DNA of 64,000 nucleotides from Myxococcota bacterium (GTDB lineage Bacteria; Myxococcota_A; UBA9160; UBA6930): NCBI GenBank assembly GCA_028285625.1, contig JANQOX010000019.1, positions 80,538 to 144,537 of the forward strand, read 5' to 3'. Shown piece by piece: positions 48,379 to 61,456 of this stretch (position 1 is its first letter; each line of letters starts with the position of its first letter). The notes under the pieces were generated by a model. It saw only the letters and a program-made list of their open reading frames with translations, ran no database searches and was not told where the DNA came from. The position numbers and the translations under genes were made by a program.

Positions 48379-50559
48379 CTACTCCACGTCGCCCGGGCCG
48401 GCCGCCGGCGCCACCTTGGCCGAGACCAGGACGGCCCTGCGGCTCAGGATGTACGCGCGCAGCGCCTCGACGTCCTCTTCATCGAGCCAGCGATCGAACC
48501 TCGGCATGCCCCCGGGCAGCTTGGCCCCGCCCAGCACGATGTCGGGCAGGATGTCGTAGATGGCCGGGTCGGACTTGCGCAGGTCGGGCAGCACGCCACC
48601 CGAGATCGCGCCCGGCCCGTGGCAGGTACCGCACCAGCGGTGGTAGGTGTGGTTGCCCGCGAGCACCTGCTCGGCGTCGAACTCCGCGGGAATGGCCGCG
48701 AGCTCGCGTTCCTGCGCCACGTGGACGGGCAGCTTCTCGGTGCCGCCGAGCTTGAAGACCAGCAGCCGGCCCTCGTTGTTCACCACGCCCGCGCCCGCCG
48801 CGGCGTCCCCGGCGGCCAGGGCGAATGCGCCGCCCCACCCGGCCATCACCGCCACGTACTGCTCACCGTCGAGCTCGTAGGTGACGGGCGCCGCCACGAT
48901 GCCGGTCCCGGCCGGGGTCTCGAAGAGCAGCTCGCCATCGTTCGCGCGGTAGGCGACGAACGTGCCGTGCGCCGTCCCTTGGAAGACCAGATTGCCCGCG
49001 GTGGTGAGCGTGCCCCCGTTCCAGGGCCCGGTGTACTGCGCGCGCCAGACCTCCTTCTGGGCGATGGGGTCCCACGCCAGCAGGTGGCCGCTCACGAGGT
49101 CGCGCGGAAAGTCGTCGGCCACCGTGAAGTCGATGCCCAGGTTCCACGCACCCGGCTCGTACTCGAAGTCGGGATCGATCTTGTAGTAGTAAGGGATCTC
49201 CTGGGCGGGGATGTAGACCAGCCCCGTCTCGGGATTGAACGACATGGGGTGCCAGTTGTGCGCACCGTGGGGCGACGGGCGGACCACCGCCAGCTCGCCA
49301 CTGCCGTACCGGGCCTCCTCGTTCTCGATCGGGCGCCCGGTGGCCGGGTCGACGCCCTTGGCCCAGGTCACCTCGACGAAGGGTTCGGCCGAGATCAGCT
49401 CGCCCGACTCGCGGTCGAGCACGTAGAAGAAGCCGTTCTTGGGCGCCTGCATCAGCACCTTGCGCTCGCGTCCCTCGATGGTGAGGTCGGCCAGGATCAT
49501 GTGCTGGGTGGACGTATAGTCCCAGGTGTCGCCGGGGGTGGTCTGGTAGTGCCAGACAAGCTCCCCGGTTTCGGGGCGCAGCGCCAGGATGGCGCACACG
49601 TAGAGGTTCTCGCCGCCACCGGGGCTCCGCACGTGACGGCTCCACGGCGAGCCGTTACCCGTGCCCACGTAGAGCAGGTCGAGCTCGGGGTCGTAGGCCA
49701 GCGAGTCCCAGACGGTGCCACCGCCGCCGACCTCCCACCACTCGCCGGTCCACGTCTTGGCCGCGACCTCGAGTTCGGGGTGTTCGAACGGCTTGCTCGG
49801 ATCGCCGGGCACCGTATAGAAGCGCCAGACCAGCTCGCCGCTCGCCGTGTCGTAGGCCGAGACATAGCCGCGCACGCCGAGTTCGGCCCCGCCGTTGCCG
49901 ACGATCACTTTGCCCTTCACGATGCGCGGCGCCATGGTGATGGTGTACGGGCGGGTCTGGTCGACCGTGACGACCTCCCACACCACGTCGCCCGTGGCGG
50001 CATCGAGCGCCAGCAGGCGCCCGTCGAGGGTGGCCGAGTAGACCATGCCCTCGTAGACCGCCACGCCGCGGTTGACCACGTCGCAGCACGCCTTGCCGCC
50101 GGTCTCGCGCGGCACCGCGGGGTCGTGCTTCCAGCGCAGTTCGCCGGTGCGTGCGTCGACGGCGTAGACCACGCTCCAGGTGCCCGTGGTGTAGATCACG
50201 CCGTCCACCACGATGGGTGTGGCCTCGAGACCGCGCTTGGTGCCGGTCTCGAACGCCCAGGCCAGACCCAGCTCGCCGACGTTGCCGTCGTGGATGCGGC
50301 CGAGGGGGCTGTGGCGCTGCTCGGAGTAGGTACGCCCGTGGGTGAGCCACACGTCGGGCTCGGCACCGGCGCCACGCAGGCGCGCGTCGTCCACCGACAC
50401 CGCCGGTGCAGGCGCCGCGGTCTGGGGCTCGGCGGCGGGCGTCTCGGCGACCGCGGCCGGCGCTTCGGCGCTCGGCGCTTCTTCCCCCCCGCAGCCCAAC
50501 GCGAGACTGCTCAACCAGGCGGTGGCCACCAGCGCGCACGCGTACCTGCCCCCGCGCAC
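48379..50559 (-). CDS. Type II quinohemoprotein alcohol dehydrogenase (PQQ + heme c), lipoprotein
   Basis: Lipobox LALG-C; ACCDVVNRG vicinal Cys, [23 protein letters not shown]-terminal CGTCH; GTG overlaps upstream TAG. Confidence 0.9.
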   Translation of the reverse strand: MRGGRYACALVATAWLSSLALGCGGEEAPSAEAPAAVAETPAAEPQTAAPAPAVSVDDARLRGAGAEPDVWLTHGRTYSEQRHSPLGRIHDGNVGELGLAWAFETGTKRGLEATPIVVDGVIYTTGTWSVVYAVDARTGELRWKHDPAVPRETGGKACCDVVNRGVAVYEGMVYSATLDGRLLALDAATGDVVWEVVTVDQTRPYTITMAPRIVKGKVIVGNGGAELGVRGYVSAYDTASGELVWRFYTVPGDPSKPFEHPELEVAAKTWTGEWWEVGGGGTVWDSLAYDPELDLLYVGTGNGSPWSRHVRSPGGGENLYVCAILALRPETGELVWHYQTTPGDTWDYTSTQHMILADLTIEGRERKVLMQAPKNGFFYVLDRESGELISAEPFVEVTWAKGVDPATGRPIENEEARYGSGELAVVRPSPHGAHNWHPMSFNPETGLVYIPAQEIPYYYKIDPDFEYEPGAWNLGIDFTVADDFPRDLVSGHLLAWDPIAQKEVWRAQYTGPWNGGTLTTAGNLVFQGTAHGTFVAYRANDGELLFETPAGTGIVAAPVTYELDGEQYVAVMAGWGGAFALAAGDAAAGAGVVNNEGRLLVFKLGGTEKLPVHVAQERELAAIPAEFDAEQVLAGNHTYHRWCGTCHGPGAISGGVLPDLRKSDPAIYDILPDIVLGGAKLPGGMPRFDRWLDEEDVEALRAYILSRRAVLVSAKVAPAAGPGDVE

Positions 50560-51368
50560 TACTTGACCTCGACCTGGAGCACGTCGCTGAAGCGCACCCG
50601 GCCCGAGTGGCCGCCGAAGCCGCCGCGCACCTGCTTGCCGCGGATGGGATCGGTGGTGAACCCGTGCGGGCTCGCCTTTTCGGTGCCGTACCAGTAGGCG
50701 GCGGCGAGGGGCCGCTTGCCGGCCTCCTGCGGCGCGCGCAGCGTCCACACCACGCGCGCGTGGCCCCAGTCCCCGGTGGTGGCGTCCGAGGAGACGCCCG
50801 TCACGTTGACGTAGGAGAGGTTGCGTCCCCAGACTTCGGGCCGGCGCGCGATCCAGCCCGTCTGCTCCTTGAAGTCCTGTCCGGTGATGGCGGGGGCGCC
50901 CACCACCTGCCAACCCGCCGCCGGCGCGGCGCGCGCCAGGTTTCGATGGGCCGCGTCCACCAGCCCGATGGCCACGGCCGGTCCGGCCCCGCCGGTGACG
51001 CTCACCGTCACCTGGAAGGTCTCGCCCGCGGCCACTTCCGCGGGAGCCTCGATGGCGACCGTGGACGCCTCGTCGAGCGCGCGGATGTGCGCCACCAGCT
51101 CGGTGCGCTGCTCGGGAGAGAGCGCGGCGTATCCCTTCTCGCCCGCCGAGATCAGCGACAGGTGGTGGTTCTCGGCGAGCATCTTGGCCGCACGCTCGCC
51201 CGAGCCCGCCAGGGCGCTCTCCGTGAGCGACGAGTGGCAGGTGGCACAGAAGGGGGCCACGTCGGTCTGGAAGCCGGGTGTGCCGCCGGGATAGGCAGCG
51301 GACGGGCTCGCCAGGGCAACGCCCAGCAAGAGAGCGGCGATGGCAAGGGCAGTGATGAAACGGTTCAC
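50559..51368 (-). CDS. Secreted monoheme c protein with Ig/Reeler-like beta domain
   Basis: Signal peptide, [27 protein letters not shown]; GTGA overlap with upstream gene. Confidence 0.6.
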   Translation of the reverse strand: MNRFITALAIAALLLGVALASPSAAYPGGTPGFQTDVAPFCATCHSSLTESALAGSGERAAKMLAENHHLSLISAGEKGYAALSPEQRTELVAHIRALDEASTVAIEAPAEVAAGETFQVTVSVTGGAGPAVAIGLVDAAHRNLARAAPAAGWQVVGAPAITGQDFKEQTGWIARRPEVWGRNLSYVNVTGVSSDATTGDWGHARVVWTLRAPQEAGKRPLAAAYWYGTEKASPHGFTTDPIRGKQVRGGFGGHSGRVRFSDVLQVEVK

Positions 51369-51988
51369 GGCAGGTCCTCCTCGTACTCGGGATGGCAACG
51401 TGCGCACTCCACGCGCACCGGCGCGGGCAGCACGAAGTAGTGGTCGGCGAGACCGCCCGAGACGTGACTGGCGTGACAGGTGACACACGCGACGGGCATC
51501 TCGGTGTTGTGTTCGGCGAGGGCATGGAAGGGCGGCGTCTCGAACTCATCCACGGCGGCCGGCGTATCGAACGAGTGGCACTTGCTGCAGTCGGCATCCC
51601 AGAGCGGCCAGTGCATGCGGTCGGGCTCGTCGAAGCGACCTGTCACGTACCAGAACGCGTCCTTGGCCGAGAGCACCTTCACGCGTGCGCGCCCAAGCAG
51701 GCCGGTGCCGCCATGGCAGTCGATGCAGCGGAACGCACCGTCGTCAGCGGCTTCGTTGCCGGCGCGGCCATGCGCCGCGGCGAGAACCAGCGGCGGCCGC
51801 GCCCGGAAGTCGGCGAGCTTGCGCTCGTGGAGCGGCGTCTCGACGTCGAGATGGCAGGACACACAGAACGCGTCGTCGCTCTCCAGGTGATCGGTCACCA
51901 TCCAGCCAGCTGGCCCCACCACGGCCCCTCCGAGCGCGAGCACGAACAGCCAACGCGACCACGATCGCCGACGTCTCGAGGCGGGCAT
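51365..51988 (-). CDS. Membrane-anchored pentaheme cytochrome c (NapC/NirT-like)
   Basis: N-terminal TM helix; CVSCH, CIDCH, CSKCH, CVTCH, CARCH; the start may lie further upstream. Confidence 0.8.
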   Translation of the reverse strand: MPASRRRRSWSRWLFVLALGGAVVGPAGWMVTDHLESDDAFCVSCHLDVETPLHERKLADFRARPPLVLAAAHGRAGNEAADDGAFRCIDCHGGTGLLGRARVKVLSAKDAFWYVTGRFDEPDRMHWPLWDADCSKCHSFDTPAAVDEFETPPFHALAEHNTEMPVACVTCHASHVSGGLADHYFVLPAPVRVECARCHPEYEEDLP

Positions 51989-52152
51989 GCGTGCCGAAGG
52001 GTCGCACGGCTCGGGCGCGTCGGGTAGCGAGGGCCCCGCGAGCCGGGGCGCATCGGGTCGCGGTCGGCGCACGTCGTGGGGCGCATCGGGTGGCGATGTT
52101 CGCACGAGCGAGCCGCGGCGGGTAGGGTTGTGCGCCCATCGGACCGACGGAG

Positions 52153-53037
52153 GTGACCATGCCCGACCTGGGGCGGATCGGCGTCTGGAGCTGGATCGAC
52201 ATGCTGCCGAGTGCGGAGGCCGCCGGCTTCGCCAGCCGCCTGGAGAGCTGGGGCTACGGCGCACTCTGGTTGCCGGAGGCCATGGGCCGCGACCCGTTCG
52301 CGGCGGCCACCCACCTGCTCGGCGCGACCGAGCGGCTGGTGCTCGCCACGGGCATCGCCAACATCTACGCACGCGACGCGCTGGCCATGCGCGCGGCCCA
52401 GGAGACCGTGGCGGAGCTCTCGGGCGGCCGCTTCGTACTCGGACTGGGTGTCTCGCACAAGCCGATGGTCTCGGACATTCGGGGGCACGACTACGGCCGG
52501 CCGGTGGCGACCATGCGCGCCTACCTCGACGCCCTGGCCAGCGCGCCCTTCGCGGGTCAGCGCGCCGCCGAGTCGCCTCCGGTGGTGCTGGCGGCGCTGC
52601 GGCCGCGCATGCTCGCGCTCGCGGCCGAGCGGGCGGCGGGGGCCCATCCCTACCTGATGACGCCGGCGCACACCGCAAAGGCCCGAGAGGTGCTCGGCGA
52701 AGGGCCCCTGCTCTGCCCCGAGCAGAAGGTGCTGCTCGAGACCGATCCGGTCCGCGCGCGAGACACCGCGCGCAAAGCCATCGCGATGTACCTGGCCCTG
52801 CCGAACTACCGCAACGGCCTGCTGTGGACCGGTTACGAAGAGGCCGACTTCGACGACGGCGGAAGCGACCGGCTGGTGGACGGCATCGTCGCCTGGGGCG
52901 ACGCAGACGCCCTGCGTGCGCGCATCGCCGAGCACCACGAGGCGGGCGCCGACCACGTGGCCATCCAACCCGTGCGCCCGGACGGCGCCCCGGGGCCCGA
53001 CGAGGATGCGCTTCGCGAATTGGCGCCCTCGGCATGA
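52153..53037 (+). CDS. LLM-class (probably F420-dependent) oxidoreductase
   Basis: LATGIANIY, GRFVLGLGVSH, AALRPRML, GAHPYL, AGADHV. Confidence 0.85.
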   Translation: MTMPDLGRIGVWSWIDMLPSAEAAGFASRLESWGYGALWLPEAMGRDPFAAATHLLGATERLVLATGIANIYARDALAMRAAQETVAELSGGRFVLGLGVSHKPMVSDIRGHDYGRPVATMRAYLDALASAPFAGQRAAESPPVVLAALRPRMLALAAERAAGAHPYLMTPAHTAKAREVLGEGPLLCPEQKVLLETDPVRARDTARKAIAMYLALPNYRNGLLWTGYEEADFDDGGSDRLVDGIVAWGDADALRARIAEHHEAGADHVAIQPVRPDGAPGPDEDALRELAPSA

Positions 53038-54674
53038 CCGCGCCGGGCACGCGCAAGTTCTGGGGCTGGGGCGTCCATGGGGCCGGACCGAGCGACGAGC
53101 AGGTCGCGGGCATCCAGAAGACCGTGGAGGAGCGCTTCGGACGAAGCCTCTCGCGGCGCGCTCCGCCGGAGATCGGCGACCTCGACCTGCCCGCCCCTCG
53201 CGTCGAGCCGCCCGCGGCCCTGGCCGGCCTGTGCTCGAGCGCACCGGACGATCGCGCCGGCCATCACTACGGCAAGTCCTACCGAGACATCGTGCGCGCC
53301 TATCGCGGCGAGTTCCCGCATCCGCCCGATCACGTGGCGCGCCCCACCAGCGAAGACGAGGTCGCGGCCCTGCTCGACTGGTGTGCCGACGCGCACCTGA
53401 CGGCGGTGCCCTACGGCGGCGGGTCCAGCGTGGTGGGTGGGGTCGAGACCGGTTTCGACGGCGACCACCGCGGCGTGGTCTCGATCGACATGGAGCGCAT
53501 GGGTGCGGTGATCGAGGTCGATCGCACCGCTCGTGCCGCGCGCATCCAGGCCGGCGCCTACGGGCCCGCGCTCGAAGACGCCCTTCGCCCGCACGGCCTC
53601 ACCCTGCGGCACTTTCCCCAGTCGTTCGAGTTCTCGACGCTGGGGGGCTGGATCGCCACACGCGGGGGCGGTCACTACGCGACCCTCTACACCCACATCG
53701 ACGACTTCGTCGCGTCCGTGCGGGCGGTCACGCCGAGCGGCCTCTACGAGAGTCGGCGCCTGCCCGGTTCGGGCGCCGGCCCGAGCCCCGATCGCATGAT
53801 GCTCGGGTCCGAGGGCATCCTCGGAATCGTCACCGAGGCGTGGATGCGCCTGCAGGACCGACCGACCTTCCGAGCCGGCACGTCGGTGCGTTTCGAGGGC
53901 GAGGACGGCTTCCTCCGAGGGGCCGAGGCGGTGCGCGCAATCTCGCAGTCGGGCCTGTTCCCCGCGAACTGCCGACTGCTCGACGCTGCCGAGGCGCAGA
54001 CCTCGGGCGCCGGCGACGGCACGTACGCGGTGCTGGTGCTCGGCTTCGAGTCCGCCGACCACCCGCTCGATGTCTGGATGGCTCGCGCCGCGGAGCTTTG
54101 TCGCGACGCGGGGGGCATCGTTCCCGAGGGCGCGCTCGCCACGCGGGCGTCCCGGCCCGACTCGGGCGGGGGTGATCGCGAAGGGGCCGCCGGAGCCTGG
54201 CGGCGCGCGTTCCTTCAGGCTCCGTACGTGCGCGACGCGCTGGTGGGCGTGTCGGTCATCGCAGAGACGTTCGAGACCGCGATCCCCTGGGACCGCTTCC
54301 CCGACTTCCATCGTCAGGTGATGGCGGCCACGCACAGTGCCGTCCTGCGCGTCTGTGGCGCGGGCCAGGTGGCCTGTCGCTTCACGCACGTCTACCCCGA
54401 CGGCGCAGCGCCCTACTACAGCGTGCTGGCACCGGCGCGACCCGGCAGCGAACTCGAGCAATGGGCCGAGATCAAGCAGGCGGCCGCCGACGCCCTGATC
54501 GCGGCGGGTGGCACGATCACGCACCACCACGCCGTCGGCCGAGACCATCGGCCTTGGTACGACATGCAGCGGCCCGAGCCCTTCGCGCGCGCCCTGCGCG
54601 CGGCCAAGGCCGAGCTCGACCCGGCCGCCGTGCTGAACCCGGGCGTTCTGATCGACCCCGAGCCGAGGCGCTGA
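53034..54674 (+). CDS. FAD-linked oxidase, alkyl-DHAP synthase (AGPS)-like
   Basis: [47 protein letters not shown]. Confidence 0.85.
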   Translation: MTAPGTRKFWGWGVHGAGPSDEQVAGIQKTVEERFGRSLSRRAPPEIGDLDLPAPRVEPPAALAGLCSSAPDDRAGHHYGKSYRDIVRAYRGEFPHPPDHVARPTSEDEVAALLDWCADAHLTAVPYGGGSSVVGGVETGFDGDHRGVVSIDMERMGAVIEVDRTARAARIQAGAYGPALEDALRPHGLTLRHFPQSFEFSTLGGWIATRGGGHYATLYTHIDDFVASVRAVTPSGLYESRRLPGSGAGPSPDRMMLGSEGILGIVTEAWMRLQDRPTFRAGTSVRFEGEDGFLRGAEAVRAISQSGLFPANCRLLDAAEAQTSGAGDGTYAVLVLGFESADHPLDVWMARAAELCRDAGGIVPEGALATRASRPDSGGGDREGAAGAWRRAFLQAPYVRDALVGVSVIAETFETAIPWDRFPDFHRQVMAATHSAVLRVCGAGQVACRFTHVYPDGAAPYYSVLAPARPGSELEQWAEIKQAAADALIAAGGTITHHHAVGRDHRPWYDMQRPEPFARALRAAKAELDPAAVLNPGVLIDPEPRR

Positions 54675-54771
54675 AGAGGCGCCAACCCGGCACGGACGCC
54701 CCCGCCCGAGTGTGCCCTGCCCCTCCCTCGACCCGCGGCGGCCCCCCGCTTCGCCGCTAGTCTACGGGGCC

Positions 54772-56004
54772 ATGGCACGCATCAACGACCACTACCTGAA
54801 GCTTCAGGCCGGCTACCTCTTCCCCGAGATCGGGCGACGCACCCGCGCATTCGTGGACGCGAACGGCGGCGAGGTGATCCGCCTGGGGATCGGCGACGTG
54901 ACCCTCCCGCTGGCGCCCGCCGTCGTGAAGGCGCTGCAGGACGCCGCGGCCGAGATGGGCACGGCGGAGGGCTTTCACGGCTACGGCCCAGACAATGGCT
55001 ACCCGTTCCTCACCGAGCCGATCCGCGAGCACGACTACGGCGCGCGAGGCGTCGAGATCGCCACCGACGAGATCTTCGTCTCCGACGGAAGCAAGCAGGA
55101 CAGCGGCAACATCCAGGAGATCTTCGGCGTCGACTGCAAGATCGCCGTGGTCGATCCCGTGTACCCCGTGTACGTCGACACCAACGTGATGGCCGGCCGC
55201 ACCGGCACGGCCGACGCCCGCGGCTTCTACGACGGCATCCTCTACCTGCCCGCCACCGAGGCCAACGGCTTTGCGCCGGACCCTCCGGATACGGCCGTCG
55301 ACCTGGCCTACCTGTGCTCGCCCAACAACCCGACGGGAACGGTGATGTCGCGGGCGCAGCTCGAGCGTTGGGTGACCTGGGCAAACGAGACCGGCGCCGT
55401 GATCGTCTTCGACGCTGCCTACGACGCATTCATCTCCGACTCGGCGATCCCGCGATCGATCTACGAGATCGAGGGTGCCCGTACCTGTGCCATCGAGATG
55501 CGAAGCTTCTCGAAGCGCGCCGGCTTCACCGGTGTTCGCTGCGCGTACACGGTGGTGCCCAAGGAGCTCGAGGGGACGTCGGCTTCGGGCGACCGCGTGG
55601 CGATCCACGACCTCTGGGCCCGCCGGGTGGCGACCAAGTTCAATGGCGTGCCGTACGTGATCCAGCGCGCGGCGGCAGCCGTGTTCGCGCCCGATGGTCG
55701 CAAGCAGACCCAGGAGCAGGTGGCGTTCTACATGGAGAACGCGAGCCGCATCCGGGCGGGGCTCGGCGCCGCCGGGTTCACGGTGTTCGGCGGCGAGAAC
55801 GCCCCCTACATCTGGATGCGAACCCCCGACGGCCTCTCGTCGTGGGACTTCTTCGACCGGCTGCTGGCCGAGACGCGCGTGGTCGGCACCCCGGGCTCGG
55901 GGTTTGGCCCGTCGGGCGAGGGCTACTTTCGCATCTCGGCCTTCAACTCGCGCGAGAACGTGGACGAAGCCATCGCGCGCATCGGGCGCGCCTTCGGCCG
56001 ATGA
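54772..56004 (+). CDS. dapL: LL-diaminopimelate aminotransferase
   Basis: [46 protein letters not shown]. Confidence 0.95.
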   Translation: MARINDHYLKLQAGYLFPEIGRRTRAFVDANGGEVIRLGIGDVTLPLAPAVVKALQDAAAEMGTAEGFHGYGPDNGYPFLTEPIREHDYGARGVEIATDEIFVSDGSKQDSGNIQEIFGVDCKIAVVDPVYPVYVDTNVMAGRTGTADARGFYDGILYLPATEANGFAPDPPDTAVDLAYLCSPNNPTGTVMSRAQLERWVTWANETGAVIVFDAAYDAFISDSAIPRSIYEIEGARTCAIEMRSFSKRAGFTGVRCAYTVVPKELEGTSASGDRVAIHDLWARRVATKFNGVPYVIQRAAAAVFAPDGRKQTQEQVAFYMENASRIRAGLGAAGFTVFGGENAPYIWMRTPDGLSSWDFFDRLLAETRVVGTPGSGFGPSGEGYFRISAFNSRENVDEAIARIGRAFGR

Positions 56005-56672
56005 GCGCGCTGTCGTTGCGGCGAGAGGGGCCGGTGTTCGTCCTGCAGTGGGACGACGGCGAGAACCGCTTTCGCGACCACTCGATCTCGGAGTGGAACG
56101 CGGCGCTGGACGAGGTCGACGCCGCCCCGGCCCCGAAGGCCCTGGTCACCACCGGCACGGGCAAGTTCTACTCGAACGGCCTCGATCTCGAATGGGCGAT
56201 GAGCGAGGCGCCCGACTTCGGTGCCTACCTGCACGGCGTGCTGGCCATCTACGGCCGCGTGCTCACCCTGGGCTGCGCCACGGTCGCCGCCATGAACGGC
56301 CATGCCTTCGGCGCGGGCGGCCAGGTCGCGCTGGCCCACGATCGGCGCGTGATGCGTGCCGACCGCGGCTACTTCTGCATGCCCGAGGTCGACATGAAGG
56401 CGCCGCTGCACCCGGGCATGACGGCCATCCTGAAGGCGCGCCTCCCTCGTCAGACCTTCCACGAGGTGGTCGTGACCGGTCACCGGTATGGCGGCGCCGA
56501 AGCGCTCACCGCCGGCATCGTCGAAGAGACTGCCGCCGAAGACGCGGTACTCACCCGCGCCATCGAAACTGCGCTGCCTCTCGCCGGCAAGGCCGACCCG
56601 GCGATGTCGCGCCTCAAGACCGACGCCTACCCCGAAGTGCTCGCCGCCCTGACCGCCCCCATGCCTGCCTGA
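56001..56672 (+). CDS. Enoyl-CoA hydratase/isomerase family protein
   Basis: [22 protein letters not shown]. Confidence 0.85.
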   Translation: MSALSLRREGPVFVLQWDDGENRFRDHSISEWNAALDEVDAAPAPKALVTTGTGKFYSNGLDLEWAMSEAPDFGAYLHGVLAIYGRVLTLGCATVAAMNGHAFGAGGQVALAHDRRVMRADRGYFCMPEVDMKAPLHPGMTAILKARLPRQTFHEVVVTGHRYGGAEALTAGIVEETAAEDAVLTRAIETALPLAGKADPAMSRLKTDAYPEVLAALTAPMPA

Positions 56673-56694
56673 AGCGTCGAGCGGGCCCGCCCGG

Positions 56695-58368
<1,674 letters not shown>

Positions 58369-58488
58369 GGCTCCCTCCGATCGGACCGCTCGGGCTGCTG
58401 GCGGGTCCGGGCGGGCTCACCTTAGCGGCTCACGCCGCGCACGCCGCGCTTGGGGCGCGCGCCGCGCTCCGCCGCCCATCCCGCGCGC

Positions 58489-59361
58489 TCAGGCGTCGCG
58501 AAGCAACGCGATCAGGCTCGACGTGTCGTGCCGCCCTCCGCCGCGCGCCTGGACGGCTGCGTAGAACTGGTCCACCAGCGCGGCCACGGGCAACCGGGCG
58601 CCGACCCGGCGGGCCTCCTCGAGGGCCATGCCCAGGTCCTTTCGCATCCAGTCCACGGCGAACCCGAAGTCGAACTCGCCCCGGTTCATCGTCGCGGCGC
58701 GGTGATCCATCTGCCACGACTGCGCCGCGCCCTTGGCGATCACCTCGACCACCGCGTCCGGGTCGAGACCGGTGCGTTCGGCCAGGGCCAGCCCCTCGGA
58801 GAGCCCCTGCACGATGCCGGCGATGCAGACCTGGTTGACCATCTTCGTCAACTGGCCGCTGCCCGCCGGCCCCATCCGGCGCACCTCCTGCGCGAAGCAC
58901 CGCACCAGCGGTTCGACCCGGGCGAACGCCGACTCGTCGCCCCCCACCATCACGGTGAGCGCACCGCGCTTGGCGCCGTCCTCGCCGCCAGACACCGGCG
59001 CGTCGAGAAAGGCGAACCCGCGCGCTTCGGCCGCCGCGGCCAGTTCGCGCGCGATGCCGGCCGACGCCGTGGTGTGATCGACGAACACGCTGCCCGGCGC
59101 CATCGCCGCGAAGGCGCCGCCCTCCCCCAGCGTGATCGCCCGCAGGTCGGCGTCGGCACCGGTGCAGGCAAACACCACCTGCGCATCGCCGACGGCTTCG
59201 GCGGGCGTGGCGGCCACGCGCGCGCCGTGCTCGGTGGCCAGCAGCTCCGCGCGGCCGACCGTCCTGTTGTAGGCGGTGACCGCGTGCCCGGCCCGGCACA
59301 GGTGCGCCGCCATCGGAGCGCCCATGGTGCCGAGGCAGAGAAACGCCACGCGCTCTCCCAT
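58489..59361 (-). CDS. NAD(P)-dependent beta-hydroxyacid dehydrogenase family protein
   Basis: LGTMG, YNRT, DAPVSGG, KMVNQ, WMRKDL. Confidence 0.9.
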   Translation of the reverse strand: MGERVAFLCLGTMGAPMAAHLCRAGHAVTAYNRTVGRAELLATEHGARVAATPAEAVGDAQVVFACTGADADLRAITLGEGGAFAAMAPGSVFVDHTTASAGIARELAAAAEARGFAFLDAPVSGGEDGAKRGALTVMVGGDESAFARVEPLVRCFAQEVRRMGPAGSGQLTKMVNQVCIAGIVQGLSEGLALAERTGLDPDAVVEVIAKGAAQSWQMDHRAATMNRGEFDFGFAVDWMRKDLGMALEEARRVGARLPVAALVDQFYAAVQARGGGRHDTSSLIALLRDA

Positions 59362-59419
59362 CGGTGTCCTCCTCCGCGCTCCGGGGACCGGGCGCGACCC
59401 GGCTGATACCCTACGCGAC

Positions 59420-60340
59420 ATGCTGCGCATCGTCTCCCTGCTGCCGAGCCTGACCGAGATCGTGGGCGCCCTCGGCCGGGCGGACGCCCTGGTGGGCCGG
59501 TCCCACGAGTGCGACTACCCGTCCGGCGTCGAAGCCCTGCCCATCTGCACCGAGCCCAAGCTCGATCCGTCGGGGTCGAGTCGCGAGATCGACGACGCGG
59601 TCAACGCCATCGTCCGCGACGGCCTCTCGGTCTACCGGGTGCTCGACACGCTTCGCGACCTCGCGCCCGACGTGATCCTCACCCAGGACCAGTGCGAGGT
59701 CTGCGCCGTGAGCCTCTCGGACGTCGAGCAGGCCGTGGCCGATTGGACCGGTGGCAAGCGCCCACGCGTGGTGTCGGTCGCGCCGTCGACCCTCTCGGAG
59801 GTCTGGGCCAGCATCACGCAGGTCGCCGAGGCCATCGACGCGGCCGACGCCGGCCGCGACCTGGTAGCGCGCCTCACCGACCGGGTGTCGGAGCTCGGCG
59901 AACGCACCGGGGCGCTCCCGCGCCCCCGTGTGGCCTGCATCGAGTGGATCGAGCCGCTCATGTGCGCGGGCAACTGGATGCCCGAACTCGTGGCCCTGGC
60001 CGGCGGACACAACCTGTTCGGCACCACCGGCGAGCACTCGCCCTGGACCGAATGGCCCGCGCTTCGCGAAGCCGACCCCGAGGCGATCTTCGTGCTCCCC
60101 TGCGGTTTCGACATGGCGCGCACGCGCGCCGAGATGCACGTGCTCGAAGCCCTGCCCGGCTACGCCGACGTGCGGGCCGTGCGCGAGGGGCGCGTCTTCG
60201 TGACCGACGGCAACCAGTACTTCAACCGGCCGGGCCCCAGGCTGATGGAGTCGATCGAGATCCTCGCCGAGGCGCTCCACCCCGAACTCGGCCCCTTCGG
60301 CCACGAGGGCCGCGGCTTCCAGCGCGTCTCGCCGAGCTAG
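59420..60340 (+). CDS. BtuF-like cobalamin/iron-chelate binding-fold protein (no signal peptide)
   Basis: RIVSLLPSLTEI, SHECDYP, QDQCEVCAV, FNRPGPRL. Confidence 0.75.
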   Translation: MLRIVSLLPSLTEIVGALGRADALVGRSHECDYPSGVEALPICTEPKLDPSGSSREIDDAVNAIVRDGLSVYRVLDTLRDLAPDVILTQDQCEVCAVSLSDVEQAVADWTGGKRPRVVSVAPSTLSEVWASITQVAEAIDAADAGRDLVARLTDRVSELGERTGALPRPRVACIEWIEPLMCAGNWMPELVALAGGHNLFGTTGEHSPWTEWPALREADPEAIFVLPCGFDMARTRAEMHVLEALPGYADVRAVREGRVFVTDGNQYFNRPGPRLMESIEILAEALHPELGPFGHEGRGFQRVSPS

Positions 60341-61446
60341 GCCCCGAGAAAGCGCTCGGGCAGGAACGCCGGCTCCGCCCAGCCCTTGCCGGCGAGCCCG
60401 TCGGCCACCATGCGCCCCGTCGCCGGCGAGAGCAGCACGCCGGTCCGGTAGTGCCCCGCCGCGAGTACCAGCCCCGAAACCCCGGGGACCGGGCCCACCA
60501 AGGGCAGGTGGTCGGGCGTATCCGGTCGCAGCCCGGCCCAGGCCTCGAGGAAGCTCGCCTGCCCCAGGGTCGGCACCAGACGCGCACCGGCGGCCAGCAG
60601 CCCCGCGACGGCCTCGGCCGTCACCCGGCGATCGAAACCCACCCGCTCGCTGGTGGCGCCGATTGCGACGCTGCCGTCGCGCTTGGGCACCAGATAGGCG
60701 TCGGCGTCCCAAAGGATGGAGGCGAACGGCGGCTGCGACGCGCCCACCGACACGATCTGCCCGCGCACGGGCTCGACCGGTGCGCGCAGGGCCGGGTCGA
60801 GCCGCCTCAGCAGGGCGTCGGTGAAGCAGCCCGTGCAGACCACGACGGCGCCCGCCGGCTCGGCGCCGGCAGAGGTCTCGACCCCGACGACGCGATCGCC
60901 CTCGCACAGGAAGCCCACCACCGGCACGCCGGGCCGCAGGTCGGCACCCAGCCGCGCCGCCGCCTGCGCGTATGCGCGCACCAGGCGCGGGCTTCGCACG
61001 TGCGCCTCGCTCGGCGCGTGGAGCGCGCCGCGCAACCCGGGTCGCAGCGCAGGCTCGAGCCGCGAGAGCGCATCGCCGTCGACCCATTCGAGCCCCTCGT
61101 CTGGGAGCCGCGCGATCCGCGCGCGCAGGACGGACTCTTCGGCTTCGGTCGCCGCCACGCGGAGCGCGCCCGACCCCAGGTACTCGGGGTCGATGCCCGA
61201 GGCCTCGCGCAGCTCCACCACGAGCTCCGGAAATCTCGCGAGGCTCTCGCGACCCCAGGACAGCGCAGGGCCGGGCCCTTCGTTCTCGGAGAACGGAGTG
61301 AGCATGCCGGCAGCCGCACCCGAAGCGCCGCCCGCCATCTCACCGCCCTCGAACACGGTGACCGAGACGCCCTCGCGGGCCAGGTGCCAGGCGATCGCGC
61401 AGCCCACGACGCCGCCGCCGACCACGATCACATCCGGTCGACTCAC
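60337..61446 (-). CDS. thiO: Glycine oxidase ThiO
   Basis: GGGVVG, ASGAAAGML, PVRGQ, YLVPK, WAGLRP, GHYRTGVLL. Confidence 0.8.
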   Translation of the reverse strand: MSRPDVIVVGGGVVGCAIAWHLAREGVSVTVFEGGEMAGGASGAAAGMLTPFSENEGPGPALSWGRESLARFPELVVELREASGIDPEYLGSGALRVAATEAEESVLRARIARLPDEGLEWVDGDALSRLEPALRPGLRGALHAPSEAHVRSPRLVRAYAQAAARLGADLRPGVPVVGFLCEGDRVVGVETSAGAEPAGAVVVCTGCFTDALLRRLDPALRAPVEPVRGQIVSVGASQPPFASILWDADAYLVPKRDGSVAIGATSERVGFDRRVTAEAVAGLLAAGARLVPTLGQASFLEAWAGLRPDTPDHLPLVGPVPGVSGLVLAAGHYRTGVLLSPATGRMVADGLAGKGWAEPAFLPERFLGA

Positions 61447-61456
61447 GCCCGCGCTC

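Noticed and set aside
49500-49540. Lanthanide-dependent ADH
   Set aside because: The motif is WDYT, lacking the extra Asp (WDYD) of XoxF/ExaF/PedH
48379-51597. 1072-aa ORF as a giant ADH fusion
   Set aside because: The upstream third overlaps two better-supported cytochrome genes in other frames; the lipoprotein signal begins at GTG50559
59420-60340. Cobalamin uptake system or riboswitch
   Set aside because: No permease, ATPase or signal peptide, and only 58 bp of upstream intergenic space
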